From: Eledone cirrhosa
Lineage: Eukaryota
NCBI GenBank assembly: GCA_964016885.1
Contig: OZ024742.1
Location: forward strand, 249,302,001 to 249,366,000
DNA: 64,000 bases
Direction: 5' to 3'
Part shown: piece after piece, positions 17,398 to 32,202 of the stretch
Layout of the letters: each line of letters opens with the position of its first letter
Numbering within the stretch: position 1 is the first letter of the stretch
Made by a program: the position numbers and the translations under genes
Notes under the pieces: model-generated
Seen by the model: only the letters and a program-made list of their open reading frames with translations
Databases searched by the model: none
Told to the model about the DNA's origin: nothing

Positions 17398-20300
17398 ACC
17401 CTTCTCGAAACTTCTTCCTGCTCCCTCCTATTCTTCACCCCCCCCCCCCTCGTCATATATCGTATATGGGCCTGCAGGTTCTCCCCCCCACCTCTCTCCA
17501 AATATAAAATAAACTTGTGAGCTACGAAACTCAGAATTTGTCGATCCCTTATTCTTGGCTAGATCGCTCGCTCTTTTCTGAAATGTAATGTACTCTTTTC
17601 TCGTCTCTCCATGTTCCCTGGTCCATTCGTCTATCTGTATTATATCACCCAGAATCCAATCTTTTCTTTTCGATGCTATTCGCTCTTTTGTGAAATGTAA
17701 TGTACTCATCCTATTTTTTTCTCGTCTCTCCATGTTCCCCGGTCCATTCATCTATCTGTATTATATCGTCCAGAATCAAATCTTTTCTTTTCAATGCTAT
17801 TCGATAATTCTGTCTGATTGTTCCAAACAATCTTCTTGTATTTTAAAATTCCATAATTCTGTCAGACCCCCGAAAACGATCTTCTACTTGTATTTAAACT
17901 CTTATTACTGTTATATGCTCGTTTAATTATTGCCGAAATTCTAGGATTATAAAATAACCTTCCCGCTAACTCCCACATACCCCCCCCCCCCCACTATTAT
18001 TTGGACCAATCATAATTCAGCGGCCTATAATATCACTTCTTAACTTTAGACCTGGTTGCTTTTCGATATGTTAGATGGACTATGGAATTCTGGAGAGTCT
18101 GAAAAATCTGGACACTCAAATGACAATGCCAAAGATAGAGACAAATTCACCTCATATTGCCGGACGAGAATGCAAGGATTCCTCCTCTTTATTTCGGTCG
18201 CGGATGGCTAACATAACCCCATCTCCCTCACCCCTCCCTGCACCTCATCCTTCCCACCAACCAAACGCAATCCAAAACTTCAGAGTTGGTACCATGAATG
18301 TAGGCAGCTTAAAAGGTCGCTCTAACGAGGTTGTAGAGTTGCTTGATAGTAAGGAAATTGATGTTTGCTGTATTCAAGATACCAGGTGAAGGGGTGGGTC
18401 TTCTAGATTCATTGTGGGTAAAAAACGATGCTATAAACTTTTCTGGGTGGGAAATGACAATGGGTTGGGTGGAGTCGGAATGATGCTAGCAGAAAAATGG
18501 GTAGATAAGATAATAGACGTAAATAGAGTGAACGAAAAAATAATTAAAATAAGACTTGTCCTAAATAGAACTACTGCGACAATAATATCCGTGTATGCAC
18601 CCCAATCCGGACTGCTTGACGTTATAAAAGACAGATTCTATGAGTTGTTAATGCTCACTACCTCCCAAATAACCGACAGTGACTACATAATTATTGCTGG
18701 CGACCTAAATGGTCATGTTGGACAACATTGTGACGACTATGACGGAATCCATGGAAACTATGGTTTGGTAGTAGAAATGAGGAAGGCTCCATAATCCTGG
18801 AATTCTGTGACGCAAATAACCTAAATATCTGTAACACAAACTTCAAAAATCGAGACAATCACTTGTTCAGCTATAGATAAGGGGAACACGCCAGTCAGAT
18901 AGATTATATCCTAACCAGAAGACGTGATAGATTGTCTGTTGTAAACATTAAATCCATCCCCCATGAAGAATGCACCTCCCAACATAGCCTCATAGTTAGC
19001 GACCTCATAGTCAGGACGAGACGTACTCGACAACAGAGGAGGACTACCCCAAGGAGACGAATATGGAAGTTAAAGAACCCTTCAGCCAGTAATACATTTA
19101 AACGCATATTACTTGATGCTTTTGACAGTAAGGAAGAACAATTTGAGTCGTACAATATAGAGCAACAGTGGGCTATCCTGAGAGCTAACCTGCTGAAGGC
19201 GACATATGAAATCTGTGGCTGGAGCAGACCTATAGGCAAAAGGAGAGTAACTTGGTGGTGGAACAGTAAGGTGGTGGAGTCAATCAAGGCCAAAAAGCAG
19301 GCTTGGAAAGTATGGCAGGATGGGGGAAGTAGAGAAGACTATCAAGTGGCCAGGAGGGAAGCTAGGAGACAAGTGTACTTCGCAAGAAGGGAAGCAGAGG
19401 AAAGAAAGTTCAAGCATGTTCTACAACGCGAGGACCAAAAACGTGAGGTGTTCAGGATTGCTAGGCAATGTGCCAAAGAAAACATTGATATTGTCGGGGA
19501 GAAGTGTGTCCGTAATGATGATGGTGTACTTTCCATCACTGACGCTGATAAGAAGGTAGCTTGGAAGTGTCACTTCGAGAGGCTACTAAATGAGGAGAAT
19601 AAGTGGGACAAAGACAGTCTGCCGCACATCGATCCAATAGAGGGACCAGCAGTGCAAGTTGAAGGTAGTATAGTAAGTAAGGCAATCAAAGATATGAAAA
19701 CAGGCAAGGCGACTGGGCCTTCGGAAATAGTTGCTGAAATGCTGAAAGCATCTGGAACGGTGGGACACACTATGGTCTCCCGGATAGTAAACCAAGTCAT
19801 ATAGAATGGGGTCATACCAAAGCACTGGCGTAGCAGCATCATCATTAACTGCTACAAGGGTAAAGGAGATGCCCTAGACAGGGGAAACTATAGAGGCATT
19901 AAATTAATTGACCTGGTCATGAAGGTCACAGAAAAAGTTATAGCGCAACTAATCAGAAAGCGAATTGAGGTAGATGAAATGCAATTCGGGTTTGTGTCAG
20001 GTAAATGTACCACAGACGCTCTTTTCTTTGTACGACAACTAGAGGAGAAGTACCTAGCTAAAAGTAAACCCCTATACTTAGCTTTTGTTGACTTGGAAAA
20101 AGCCTTTGACAGAGTCCCCCGCTGCATTATCTGGTGGGCTCTTAGAAAACTAGGTGTTGGTGAATGGCTTGGGAGAGCTATACAAGCCATGTATAAAGAA
20201 ACAGTCAGCAAGGTTAGAATTAACAACGAATATAGTGAAGAGTTTAGCGTAAAAGTTGGTGTTCATTAGGGCTCTGTCCTTAGCCCCCTCCTATTTATTA

Positions 20301-21624
20301 TTGCACTTCAGGCTATAACAGAAGAGTTCAAGACCGGCTGCTCATCGGAACTTCTATACTCAGATGATCTAATGCTTATAGCTGAATCAATGACTGAACT
20401 ATTCCAAACATGGAAGCATGGCCTAGAATCAAAAGGCCTTAAAATTAACTTGTCTCAAACTAAAGTTCTAATATGTAGGAAGGAAAATCGGGCACTGGTC
20501 CCCTCTGGTAAATGGCCATGTTCCGTGTGTAGGAAAGGAGTAGGTAGAAACTCCATTTTATGTCCCAAATGCAAAGTATGGGTGCATAAAAGATGTAGTG
20601 GGATCACAGGTAAGCTAACTAAGAACATAGATTTTATATGTGGCCGGTGCTCAGGTGCAATAAGTAGTAGCAAGTTCCCACAGGATACTAGCTCCTTCTA
20701 TTACCCAGATGGTTCTATAGAAATAGTGGACACCTTCCGTTACCTCGGTGACAAAATCAGCAGTGGTGGAGAGTGTTCTGAAAATACAGTAGCTAGAGCC
20801 AGAACGGCATGGAAAAAGTTCAGAGAGCGTATACCACTATTGGCCGCTAAAAGTTTCTCTCTAAAAATGAAAGGTAGACTGTATGATGCCTGCATACGAA
20901 CGGCAATGTTACATGGCAGTGAGGCATCGGCATTGAGTGCAGAGAATCTACGCAGACTGGAGAGGAACGAAGCTTGCATGCTCCGTTTGATGTGTAATAG
21001 TAATATACGTGAACGGCAAAGCATAAATGAACTAAGTGAGAAATTAGGTATAAGAGGGATCAGATGCTGTTTACTCGAGAGAAGACTACGTTGATGGGCA
21101 TGAAAGACGACAGCTGTATAAAAAAGTGCAGGGCGATCAAAATAGACGGTAGCTACGGAGTAGGCAGAACCAGAAAAACCTGGGACGATTTGATAAATTC
21201 CGATCTTACACAGTAACACCTCTCCAAGGCAATGTCACTGGACCGAGATTTTTGGCGCTACACAGTAATACAGAAGCCCCGCCTTGGCTAAGTACAAAGG
21301 GAAACCTACAGTCAGTAGGCACACCCCCAACTACACCACCCGTTTCACTGTAACGTTATGTTGGTACCACAACACCCAGTCTTAAATAAATGAGGTGGTG
21401 TAGATGTCACGACAAAAAAAAAACATAGTCATGCTGTAATGTGGCGGTGTAGGTAACACAGAAAAAACTCCGAGTCCACACTGTAAACGTGGTTGGTGTT
21501 AGGAAGGGCATCCAGCCGTAGAAAACCTACTAGACAGTCCTACACGAGCAAGACAACCAATCTTGCCTCAAATGGGACAATTGCGGTCTAAAACTATGAT
21601 AGCGTGGAAGATAAACGTTAAACT

Positions 21625-21683
<59 letters not shown>
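17398..21683 (+). mobile_element. Near full-length RTE-clade LINE with a (GAT)n tail
   Basis: Putative 5'UTR with a ~115-bp tandem duplication, APE and RT coding remnants, 3'UTR ggtgttaggaagggcatccagccgtagaaa, (GAT)n at 21625-21683. Confidence 0.92.
18075..21290 (+). pseudogene. RTE ORF pseudogene: APE endonuclease, reverse transcriptase and PHD-type finger
   Basis: VGTMNVGSL, VYAPQ, AGDLNGHVG, IDYIL, SQHSLI, QFGF, FVDLEKAFDRV, GVH*GSVLSP, YSDD, CxxC..CxxC..HxxC..CxxC, FRYLGD; several stops and frameshifts. Confidence 0.92.
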
Positions 21684-21704
21684 ATATATATATATATATA
21701 TATT

Positions 21705-22154
<450 letters not shown>

Positions 22155-22161
22155 TATATAT

Positions 22162-22234
<73 letters not shown>

Positions 22235-22241
22235 TATGTAC

Positions 22242-22290
<49 letters not shown>

Positions 22291-22291
22291 C

Positions 22292-22401
<110 letters not shown>

Positions 22402-22419
22402 ACTCTACTAGAATTTTAC

Positions 22420-23976
22420 GGTAGATTGTGGGAGCGACAGAATAGACGAGATAGCTTCGATATCACTATGGGATCGACTGACTCCGCACAGGTTACAAAT
22501 ATAGTAGGCATATACCTCCTAAATATATTAACAGACGAGATCCCCTCCTTCTTGGGCAGTGGCTTATACCATGACGATGCCCTACTAATGACCCGTGGAT
22601 TCAATAATAACCAATTAGATAGACTACACAAACGACTTACGTACATCTTTAAGACCCAAATATTAGCGGTAGAAATTGAACATAACAGTAGAACAGTAAA
22701 CGTTTTAGATGTCACTCTAGAATTAGATTCAGGTCTCTACCGTCCATACCACAAACCTAATGAAAATCTTAAATACGTCAACAGACACTCCAAGCCCCCT
22801 AGAAGCATAATTAACGCAATAGTTAGAAACGTTTCATACAGAGTGTCCACCCTGTCGGCTAACAGTACTATCTTCAACCAGCACGCGGAATACTACAACT
22901 CCGCACTTGAAAACGCTGGTTAAATTGAGAAGATTTCTTACAATGACCCAAATAGAACCGTAACTCTGCCAAACATAATCGGACCCTTAGAAACGAACAT
23001 AGAAGAGGTCACCACACCTAGAACAAATAATAACCTAAGACCTTCTTTAGCCGGCAGGGCAGGCAGCGCTACATACAACTATCAAGGAGATAAAGCTATA
23101 CTCTCCAACCCCAATAAGGACTCCGACTATCGCACACGTTTACGTAGTAATAGAGACAAACGCCAATAGATTACTAGGAACCCCTATGACACATACGCCT
23201 GACCAAAACTCACCCACACTACCACCTAACCACAAAAACCCCACTAAACACTGTAGATCCCGAAGTAAACCTGTCACGTGGTACAACATGTATTCTATAC
23301 ACGTTGCCACCAATATACCGGGAACCTTCTTCAGGGCTCTTGAACAATATTTTCCACACACACATAAATACCACAAGCTCTTCAATAGACACACTGTAAA
23401 ATTCTCTTTCTCCACAGCACCAAATGTAGGCCACACAATAGCACACACTAACAGGACAAAAATATGAAACCACATACATAACACAACAACCCACATGCCA
23501 GCCCACACAGCATGCCACCAACCGGCAACGTGCCACCACACCGGTAACACCCAATTGCAACTGCAAAAACGGGCTGAATGCCCACTAAACGGGCAGTGCC
23601 TCGTTAAAAACATTGTTTACCGGTGTCATGTCACAGGTGGCAATAAAGAGTACTCATATATAGGTGCGACCTCCACTACGTTTAAGAGGCGCTGATATAA
23701 CCATAGAAGCTCCTTCAAACATAGGCTGAAACGATCCCAAACTAGACTGGCCGATTTGATCTGGGATCTCAAAGACAGGAACATCGAATCCCAGATCACA
23801 TGGTCAGTCAAAAGAAGTGTGGCACAACTCCCCAGTGACAGAAACCACTGCAGGTTATGCCTGGCCGAGGCGCAGAGATAATTAAATTAAAATCTGCCAT
23901 AAAATATAGGTCGGACATAATTATCAATTGCAGACACACCAGGTTGAACACATTTCCTGCACAAACATTCGGGTGA
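22420..23976 (+). pseudogene. PLE reverse transcriptase (3' part) and GIY-YIG endonuclease pseudogene
   Basis: ORFs 22396-22923, 23186-23467 and 23495-23695 plus downstream frame; stops and frameshifts. Confidence 0.88.
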
Positions 23977-24179
23977 GGGCCGCACACTAACAATTACTCA
24001 ACATAATAATAACCACATTTGCCCCGTCTCACCATTCCTCATCTCAGTGAATTTATTTTATTGCATGTAACCCTTTGTAAGCCCATATGTTGTATATCAT
24101 GCCGCATACATCACCCCCACCAAAAGTCAGATCGCCACACAGCCCTCATCTGTGTAACATTGTGTTCTATCTGTTCTCT

Positions 24180-24780
24180 CCTCAGGTTTTACCTTGTAAT
24201 CCATAGTAACATCTGATCCTGTAAATATAATGTCGATTATATCACCCCATCGCCAGCACCACCACCACCGCACACATCGCTATATGTCTACCATCCCACA
24301 CCCGCAACCTTATTCCCCCATGTTCCTTCTGTCTACCTTAACCTACAACCCCTCGTAAAATTCGATCCTGTAAATGTACTGCCGCACGCACCACCACCGC
24401 CACCACTAGATACATCTCCATACTTCAACAATCATCAACATCATTAACATCCCTCACTCCCAGAAAGACTGTGTTAGATCTGCCCTCTCTGTCAGCTTTA
24501 CCCTGTAATCCACCGTAGCATGTGATCATGTAAATATATTGTTGAACATATCACCTCATCACCACCACCACCACCACCACAATGACCACACATCGCTATA
24601 CGTCCACAAACTTTATTCCCCGTGTTCCCTATGTCACTTTTTAACCTGTAACCCATCGTATTATTCGATCCTGTATATTTTTTGTCGCTCACAACACCAC
24701 CACCACCACCACAAGGCACAACTCCATACCTCAACAATCATTAACTTCATTAATATCGCCAACACATACCTTCCCTCCCG
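24180..24780. repeat. Diverged ~300-bp tandem duplication in the PLE 3' region
   Basis: tgtaatcca..tgatc.tgtaaatata..cacatcgctata..attcgatcctgta..tcaacaatcat occurs twice. Confidence 0.7.
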
Positions 24781-25212
24781 AACCAACGCAAGTGTGTGTG
24801 TCTGTGTGTAAGTATATTTATATGTACAACGCCATCTCCATTGGCTCTCCCCCTCCCTCTATCTATGTACTACGCCACCCCCACTGACACCCCCTCTCTC
24901 TATATACACGCGCGCGCATCCATATATGTGTATATATATATGTATATATATGCATGTATGTGTGGGTGTATATGTATGTATGTGTGTGTATATGTATATA
25001 TATGTGTGTGTGTATGTATGTCAGTATATATACGCATGTGTATGTATACAACGTTTTTGTTAGACTAAGAGTATCTAGCTATGCGTCTCCCCATTGATTT
25101 GACACCACCAACACATCCACCACACCACCACAAACACCACTACCATAAACAACAACACCACCCCCACACCACACACAATAATCCGCCACAAATATACGCC
25201 AATCTGTCTACA

Positions 25213-25640
25213 GACAACCCACAACCCCCGCACCACAGCCAACCCAGTCAGTGACCGTCACCACCATCTTACAATCACATCCACCCCCACATACACTACA
25301 GGCGAAAGACAATCCACCACCCAGACACCACTGCCCCTCCCAGCCAGCGACCGTCACCACCATCTTACAATCACATCCACCCCCACATACACTACAGGCG
25401 ATAGACAATCCACCACCCTGACAGCCTGCCCCTCCCAGCCAGCGACCGTCACCACCATCTTACAATCACATCCACCCCCACATGCACTACAGGCGATAGA
25501 CAATCCACCACCCTGACAGCCTGCTCCTCCCAGCCAGCGACCGTCACCACCATCTTATCATCACATCCACCCCTACATACACTACAGGCGATAGACAATC
25601 CACCACCCTGACAGCCTGCTCCTCCCAGCCAGCGACCGTC
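25213..25640. repeat. 95-96-bp minisatellite, ~4.5 copies
   Basis: Unit gacaatccaccacc...cactacaggcgata starts at 25213, 25308, 25404, 25499 and 25594. Confidence 0.92.
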
Positions 25641-25807
25641 ACACATCCCTATGATCTATTCCCAGCCAGCGAAAACATCCCTATGATCTATTCCACCAAT
25701 CAAAACAATTCATATTGACCAACATATGAACTTCTGACTTTATCATAGCATGTATTCATTTTCTACTACCATTTTATAGGGTCTGTCGAGCTGCCGATTA
25801 TAGAGTC

Positions 25808-25869
25808 TGGTAAGATCGATACAGATTGAACCTTGAGGTGATCAGTGGCGAAACGCGCGTCACCTACCA
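25808..25869 (+). ncRNA. Degenerate hammerhead motif at the PLE 3' end
   Basis: GAAA cgcgcg TC acctacca followed by AATAAA; stem I partner tggtaagat; CUGAnGA is eroded. Confidence 0.5.
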
Positions 25870-25912
25870 ATAAATGTAATGAAGGAGTAAGCAATCGTCC
25901 TTGTTATCCTTT

Positions 25913-25969
<57 letters not shown>

Positions 25970-26763
25970 AAAGTTCTATTTAAATTTGTTGGGATACAAC
26001 AAGTAAATATTTTTATAACTGATATAAAGCACTCGACAAGTATTTGGAGTAGATATACGATATTAATAAATGGAAACTATATTTATAAAACCATATTTAT
26101 TTCATTATACATATTTCAGGGATACCAAATTAAATTATGGTATGCCTTCATCAGACAAAATACAATATATAACAGTTTTACAAATAAGCTTTGACGTACC
26201 CTATTAAAATGCAACCATTGTTTTGGGAAATCATCCGGATAGTGATTTGTTTATATTACTTTAATAAGTCATAGTGTTAAGGACAATTAGAAAAAGACGG
26301 AGAGAAAGTAAAAGACGGAGAGAAAGAAAAAACGTGGAGAAATATCGGAGAGAGATAGATGCATGAAGAAAAAAAGAAAGAGATAAGTAAAGACAGGAGG
26401 AAAGGAAGAAAGAAGAAAAAAGGAAGAAATAAGAAAAACAAAGGAAAGCAACAGAGAGATATTAAGTCAACGGACAGATAGAAAAACTCAAGAGAGAGAA
26501 ATGTTATATAGAGAGAGAGGGAGATTATGAAAACTTTACGTCGTGTCATGTTAAGTTGAGTTAACAATTCATATGAAATGAATAATAAAAATATAAATAT
26601 TAATATTCATGAATGGGACATAGATATATAATATGAGAAATTAAACATTGTTTAATAATGACTATATGTTTAGTTTAAACCTTGAGATCAATATACCAAA
26701 ATTTGGGTTTAATCTCCAAAATGTACACATTGCTCAAAAAGTCAGTATCTCAGGCAAAGACAC

Positions 26764-26817
<54 letters not shown>

Positions 26818-27549
26818 GCACGTCCTGAAAATAGAAATTATATTTACTCAAGTCAACAATATAGACATATAAAGCGCAGACGATTTCTCTTAATCATGGC
26901 TATACATTCCTTGTGTTATAAAAAGTTCACAGTATATATACACATAAATATATACGATTAACATTCATGACTTCATATATATGATTACCATTCATGCATT
27001 TAACATTTCTGCAATCCAAACTGCGTGGTTTTGCAACATAACTTTTACCCACACATATACATACACACACATATATACATATACACCTATATATGTATAA
27101 ATAAATATCTGCGTGCGTCATCAGGCATCGCTCATGTATACATACAGACATATATACAATCATAAAAAACCTATAACACTTTTATATGAATGTTAATACA
27201 CACATATACTTTTGTATAGAGATAATCAAATATCAATATATTACTAAGGATTATACTTTGGAAATATAATTATACCAATATAAATTTAAAATACCAAAGG
27301 ATTATATTTTGGAAATACAACTATATCAGTATAGTCAAAAGGAAAAACGAATTCTAGAAATGTCAAAGCATTAAATATCTTTAAAACACTATAGAGTATC
27401 TTAAGTTAAAATAATATGTTTCATATATTTAGTATAGAAAATTATCCTACTTATATTTCAATCAAGATATTGAAAGGGTAGACTTATGAGAATTATGAGA
27501 AGCTATCAGAATAAAAGCAAAACTAATAAAAAATATATAAAAATAAAAT

Positions 27550-27641
<92 letters not shown>

Positions 27642-27659
27642 ATGTATGTATATATATAA

Positions 27660-28345
27660 AAGTAAGAATGCTCATCGCTAGAACAGCCGTTAAAGCAATG
27701 AGCAAAATATCTCAGAGGAAAGAGACCAGACGCCAGTGGTCAACAGAGAGACAATCCACAATGTGGGTGACAGGCAGATAAAATATAGAAAAGCTTGAAA
27801 GAGGAGGAGGTCAAAGAAAAGTGTGTTGGAGCAAGATGACTGGAAGAAGGAAATAAAGAAAGGCGACTATTTAGACAATTTTATACATATATACTTTCAG
27901 CCTCATCAGCTTTCAAACCAGCAAAATGGTTTCGAACGATTTAATTACAAGTAACATTTTAATAGGCTGGATCGTGCAACAGAAAAATAAATCATTCTGC
28001 TGGTATGATGTGTATGTGATAATGTAAACAGGAAAGATAGAAGTACGAAACAAAACGAATAAAATAAAATAATGGGATATTGGGCCTCAAGCGTGTCTTG
28101 TACGTCGGCTTTCTTTATTTCCTTCTGCCAGTCACTTCTTTGCGTCTACACACTGCTCCTTGACCTGCCCTTCCTTCATTCTTTTCTATATTCCATCTGC
28201 CTGTCACTCACCTTGTGGATTGTCTCTCAGTTGACCACTGGCAGCTGGTGTCTGTCCTCTTAAGGATGTTTGCCCATCGCTGTATATGACAGCATTTATC
28301 TGTTTTAACTGTTTTTCTAGCGTTGAGTTTTCTCATTTTTAAAAG
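27660..28345. mobile_element. Old fold-back element with ~220-bp diverged inverted arms
   Basis: ccagtggtcaacagagagacaatccacaa... versus ...ttgtggattgtctctcagttgaccactgg; CTGATGAggctGAAA on the - strand at ~27895-27909. Confidence 0.7.
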
Positions 28346-28480
28346 CATTCAAATACACTCTCGCCTCGTCTCGATCAGAGACAACTTTTTTTTTCATTTG
28401 TATATATATTTATATATATGTAAAAGGCAAACAGAAATGATATATATTTATACACACACACACACATATATATATATATG

Positions 28481-28647
<167 letters not shown>

Positions 28648-29211
28648 TTAGATACACACATTATTCTGGAAAATTTTCAAGACGTAGTGAGCGGAAATGT
28701 TTCCAAATAATATTTTGATACACAACCGCAATTCTTCTGATTAGTATCAGGCCGTCGCTGCTGTACGTACCACATCAGATTCAGATCATCCATTGATAGC
28801 AACTGACTGACTTCCGTAGATTACCAAAGATCGCTCTCGGCTGAGCCAATATCTTCAAAGGTGCACTTTAAACTTAATGCTATTTACAGATTTACTGGAT
28901 GTAGGAGAAGAAGAATACTGATTGTAAACTTAAATGCTAGAGATTGGGAAAAAAGCTTAACACCTGTCATCGGGAAAATTCCTGGAGAATATACGTGTTT
29001 GGGTTATGAAATTGTAGTGGATAGATAGAAATATGAGATGATCGGGAACACGAGAAAGCAGGTAAGTAACCATTTCTTGCTGGACCGAAATCAAAAAACC
29101 AAAAATCATAAGGAGCATATATATATATATATAATTAGAGTTCTTACATATACATATATACTTACTTACATACATGTACACACACACACACACACACATA
29201 TATACATATAT

Positions 29212-29450
29212 ATCTATACTATAAAGTTGACGGCCATATGTAGGTAACAAAGTTTCCGCCAAACGGCTGGACCAAACAGCACCAAATTTGCACCATAGAT
29301 GTAACTTTTTCCAAGTAAAAGAGTGAGGCTAATTTGTCTACTGAATTTTGTTAAAAGATTAAAGACATTATTTAAATATTCACTTCTTTAAAATTTCAAA
29401 TGTCAACACTTCCGGTTATACGTCATTCCTCACTTTTTCTTATGACGTCG
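29212..29450 (+). mobile_element. Non-autonomous Helitron-like 5' portion
   Basis: Starts TCTATACTATAAAG; the internal cacttctttaaaatttcaaa..acttccggttata is shared in reverse complement with 43300-43345 and 43935-43975. Confidence 0.55.
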
Positions 29451-29454
29451 CATT

Positions 29455-29895
29455 AGATAACGTTTTTCGAAATATTTACTTCTGCGTTCACAGACGGATA
29501 TTTGTAATTTCCGAAGATCCCGTTAAGCAGCGATTCTTTGCTTAAACTTTAATCTGTTATTTTAATATATACTAGCAGAATGGCCCGGCGTTGCTCGGGA
29601 TTTGCTCTAGGGTTCTTATATATTTGATATATATTTATCCTTCTCGAGCCTCGTGAAGTAAATACGTTTGTTTCTATTTTGTTATTGTGTATGCAAAAAT
29701 ATATGTACACGAATATATAAATAACAGTACAGAGAAGTACGTAATACCTCGGCCTCGGGTTGGTGTCTACACTTTGTGCTTAAAAATAAAATTCGTCGTA
29801 CATTACCAGGTTTTTTTTCCCGTTCGAAGAAAATCAATACTTTATCGCGAAATAAATACTTTTGTTTATATGTGTATGCAAAAATATCTGTACAC

Positions 29896-29937
<42 letters not shown>

Positions 29938-30052
29938 TAAAATAACAGATTAAAGTTTAAGCAAAGAATCGCTGCTTTCACCCTTAACGGGATCTTCTGA
30001 AACTAAAATAATAAATCTGTGAACGCAGAACTAAATATTTCGAAAAACGTTA
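29455..30052. repeat. Inverted ~115-bp pair (29455-29570 and 29933-30052) enclosing a Helitron-like piece
   Basis: taacgtttttcgaaatattt...ctgttattttaata versus its reverse complement; HHR-like C(C/A)GAAGA t-ccc-gttaa-ggg-t GAAA. Confidence 0.7.
29571..29600 (-). mobile_element. Helitron 3' terminus (hairpin plus CTAG)
   Basis: Reverse complement reads cccgagcaacgccggg ccattctg CTAG t. Confidence 0.7.
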
Positions 30053-30715
30053 CACACTATATATATATACACACACTATATATACATACGGTGAAAGAAG
30101 CGAGAGAAGCTAACAAACTGTCTGTTGGCGATCATCAGAGCAACGTACTCCCCGCACGAGATAAACAGGTGAACTGATCGAGCGGAGGCTGCCCTTATTG
30201 AGAGCGTGTGCGAGCTCGGCCTCGACAAGAGGTCACTTTTATCCAACTCGTTCATACAGTGGATTTACAATCGTACTAGACGAAAATTCTCACGAGTCTC
30301 GGCTCGTACAGCAAATTAATTGTTCAATGGGGATTTCGTACTGCGAGGATCTACTCTCCCTCTCTCTCTGTATATATATATATGCTGAACATTTTCTGCC
30401 TCGATCCCTGCTACCGAGAGCTGGTTCGAAGCACAATTTTCCGAGTTATTTTTAAAGGGCTTAGAAAAAGGGATGGACCACTGCAATCAGAGTGTGAATC
30501 TGAGAGGGGAATCTATTGAATAAAATCATAATTAACTGATGCACCTGTATTCTCTTTTTCTCAAATCCAGGAACTTCGAGTAATCACAAATTCGTTAGAA
30601 AATGTAAGAACTCCAAAGGCAGAAAATAACTGAAACAACTGTCGATTGCTATAAAAAATATCTTAGAAAAATTGGGTAAAATACCCACTTGGAGAGAAAA
30701 AAATTCCCATAATAA

Positions 30716-30899
30716 TAATTGTTTCTACTTTTGGAAGAAGGCCAGCAATTTTCCCAGTGTATTACTGGTATTTTATTTTATCGACCCGTAAGGATGAAAG
30801 GCAAAGTTAACCTCGGCGGGATTTGAACTCAGATCATAAAGTGCCGTAACTCTTTGCTACAAAGCATTGCGTCCGATCCTCTACCGATACTGCCAATCA
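30716..30899 (-). mobile_element. tRNA-derived SINE
   Basis: Reverse complement of the 31013 consensus with a (TTA)n tail. Confidence 0.9.
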
Positions 30900-31012
30900 A
30901 CGATACAACATTACTATTATCCTCGTTATTACTCTTATCTTTATTGCTACTAGGAATAAAGGTTTTAACAGTGAGATTAGTGTGTTATTATCACTATTGT
31001 TATACACATATA

Positions 31013-31199
31013 AGGCGGTGAATTGGCAGTATCGGTAGAGGGTCGGACACCATGCTTTCCTGCATAGTTACGTCCCTCTACGGTCTGAGTTCAAATCCCG
31101 TCGAGGTTAACTTTTCCTTTCATCCTCACTGGGTCGATAAAATAAAGTACCAGTAATGTACTGGGTTATTGCTGGCCTTGTGCCAAAAGTAGAAACAAC
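31013..31199 (+). mobile_element. Full-length tRNA-derived SINE with ~15-bp target-site duplication
   Basis: ggcggtgaattggcagtatcgg..gagttcaaatcc..agtagaaacaa; ctattgttatacaca on both sides. Confidence 0.92.
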
Positions 31200-31734
31200 T
31201 ATTGTTATACACAACCAGCTTCGACTGTTTCTTGTCATCGCCATATATACAATAATTAATTGCCTTTTGCTGAATACCAACTTTACATTCTTACTTATTT
31301 GTATAGCACAATATATTATCTGATATCCACTCATTTTATTTATCACCATCTTCATCATCATCTTATACACTATCTTTACTGTTTTATTATCATCATCGTC
31401 ATAAGCATTACCACTATCAGTCATCTATTCATTAGGAAGTTTATTTAGCTGACAACCAAACTCCATTTTTCTTATTTATCTCTATTAATTTTTTCTATTA
31501 ATTGATATACACTCACTTACATACTTATATACTTTTCTTTTCTGTTCTTTTATTATATTTAATTTTGTTTATCATCTTTTGTATATTGTGTTTATTCTCA
31601 TTATTATCTTATAAGCAATCATTATCTGCTGTTTTTTTATCACCACCATAAAAACAATAAATTCACTACAAGCTTCTATTAATTGACATTTACACAAACG
31701 TCTTGCTTCCATTTATTTATCATCGTCTTATAGT

Positions 31735-31796
31735 TATTGTCATCATCCTCCTCCTCCTCCTCATCATCATCGTCGTCGTCATCATCATCATCGTCG

Positions 31797-31832
<36 letters not shown>

Positions 31833-31963
31833 ACATCGTCATTATCATTATCATCATCATCATCATCATCATCATCAACATCATCATCAACTTATACGGA
31901 ATGATTACCATCATCGTCATCATCCCCATCAACATCATCATGATCATGATCATCAACACCACC

Positions 31964-32009
<46 letters not shown>

Positions 32010-32202
32010 CCATCATCATCACCATCATCATCCTCATCATCAGCATCATCATCATCATCTTCATCATCATCATCATCATCATCATCATAATCATCATCAT
32101 CATCTTACAAGGAATGATCATCATCATCGTCTTCACCACCATCAACATCGTCATCATCATCATCATCATCATCAACACCACCACCACCATCATCATCATC
32201 AT
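31735..32202. repeat. Compound (CAT)n/(CAC)n trinucleotide repeat
   Basis: Directly visible; source of the poly-I and poly-M pseudo-ORFs. Confidence 0.95.

Noticed and set aside
23693-23695. In-frame TGA in the Naiad-type endonuclease as selenocysteine
   Set aside because: It falls in KRR*YNH, an aromatic (W/Y) position rather than a conserved Cys; the copy has other disabling lesions and no SECIS was recognised
25213-25640. Regularly spaced repeats resembling a CRISPR array
   Set aside because: The whole 95-bp unit is repeated with no unique spacers; eukaryotic context and no cas genes
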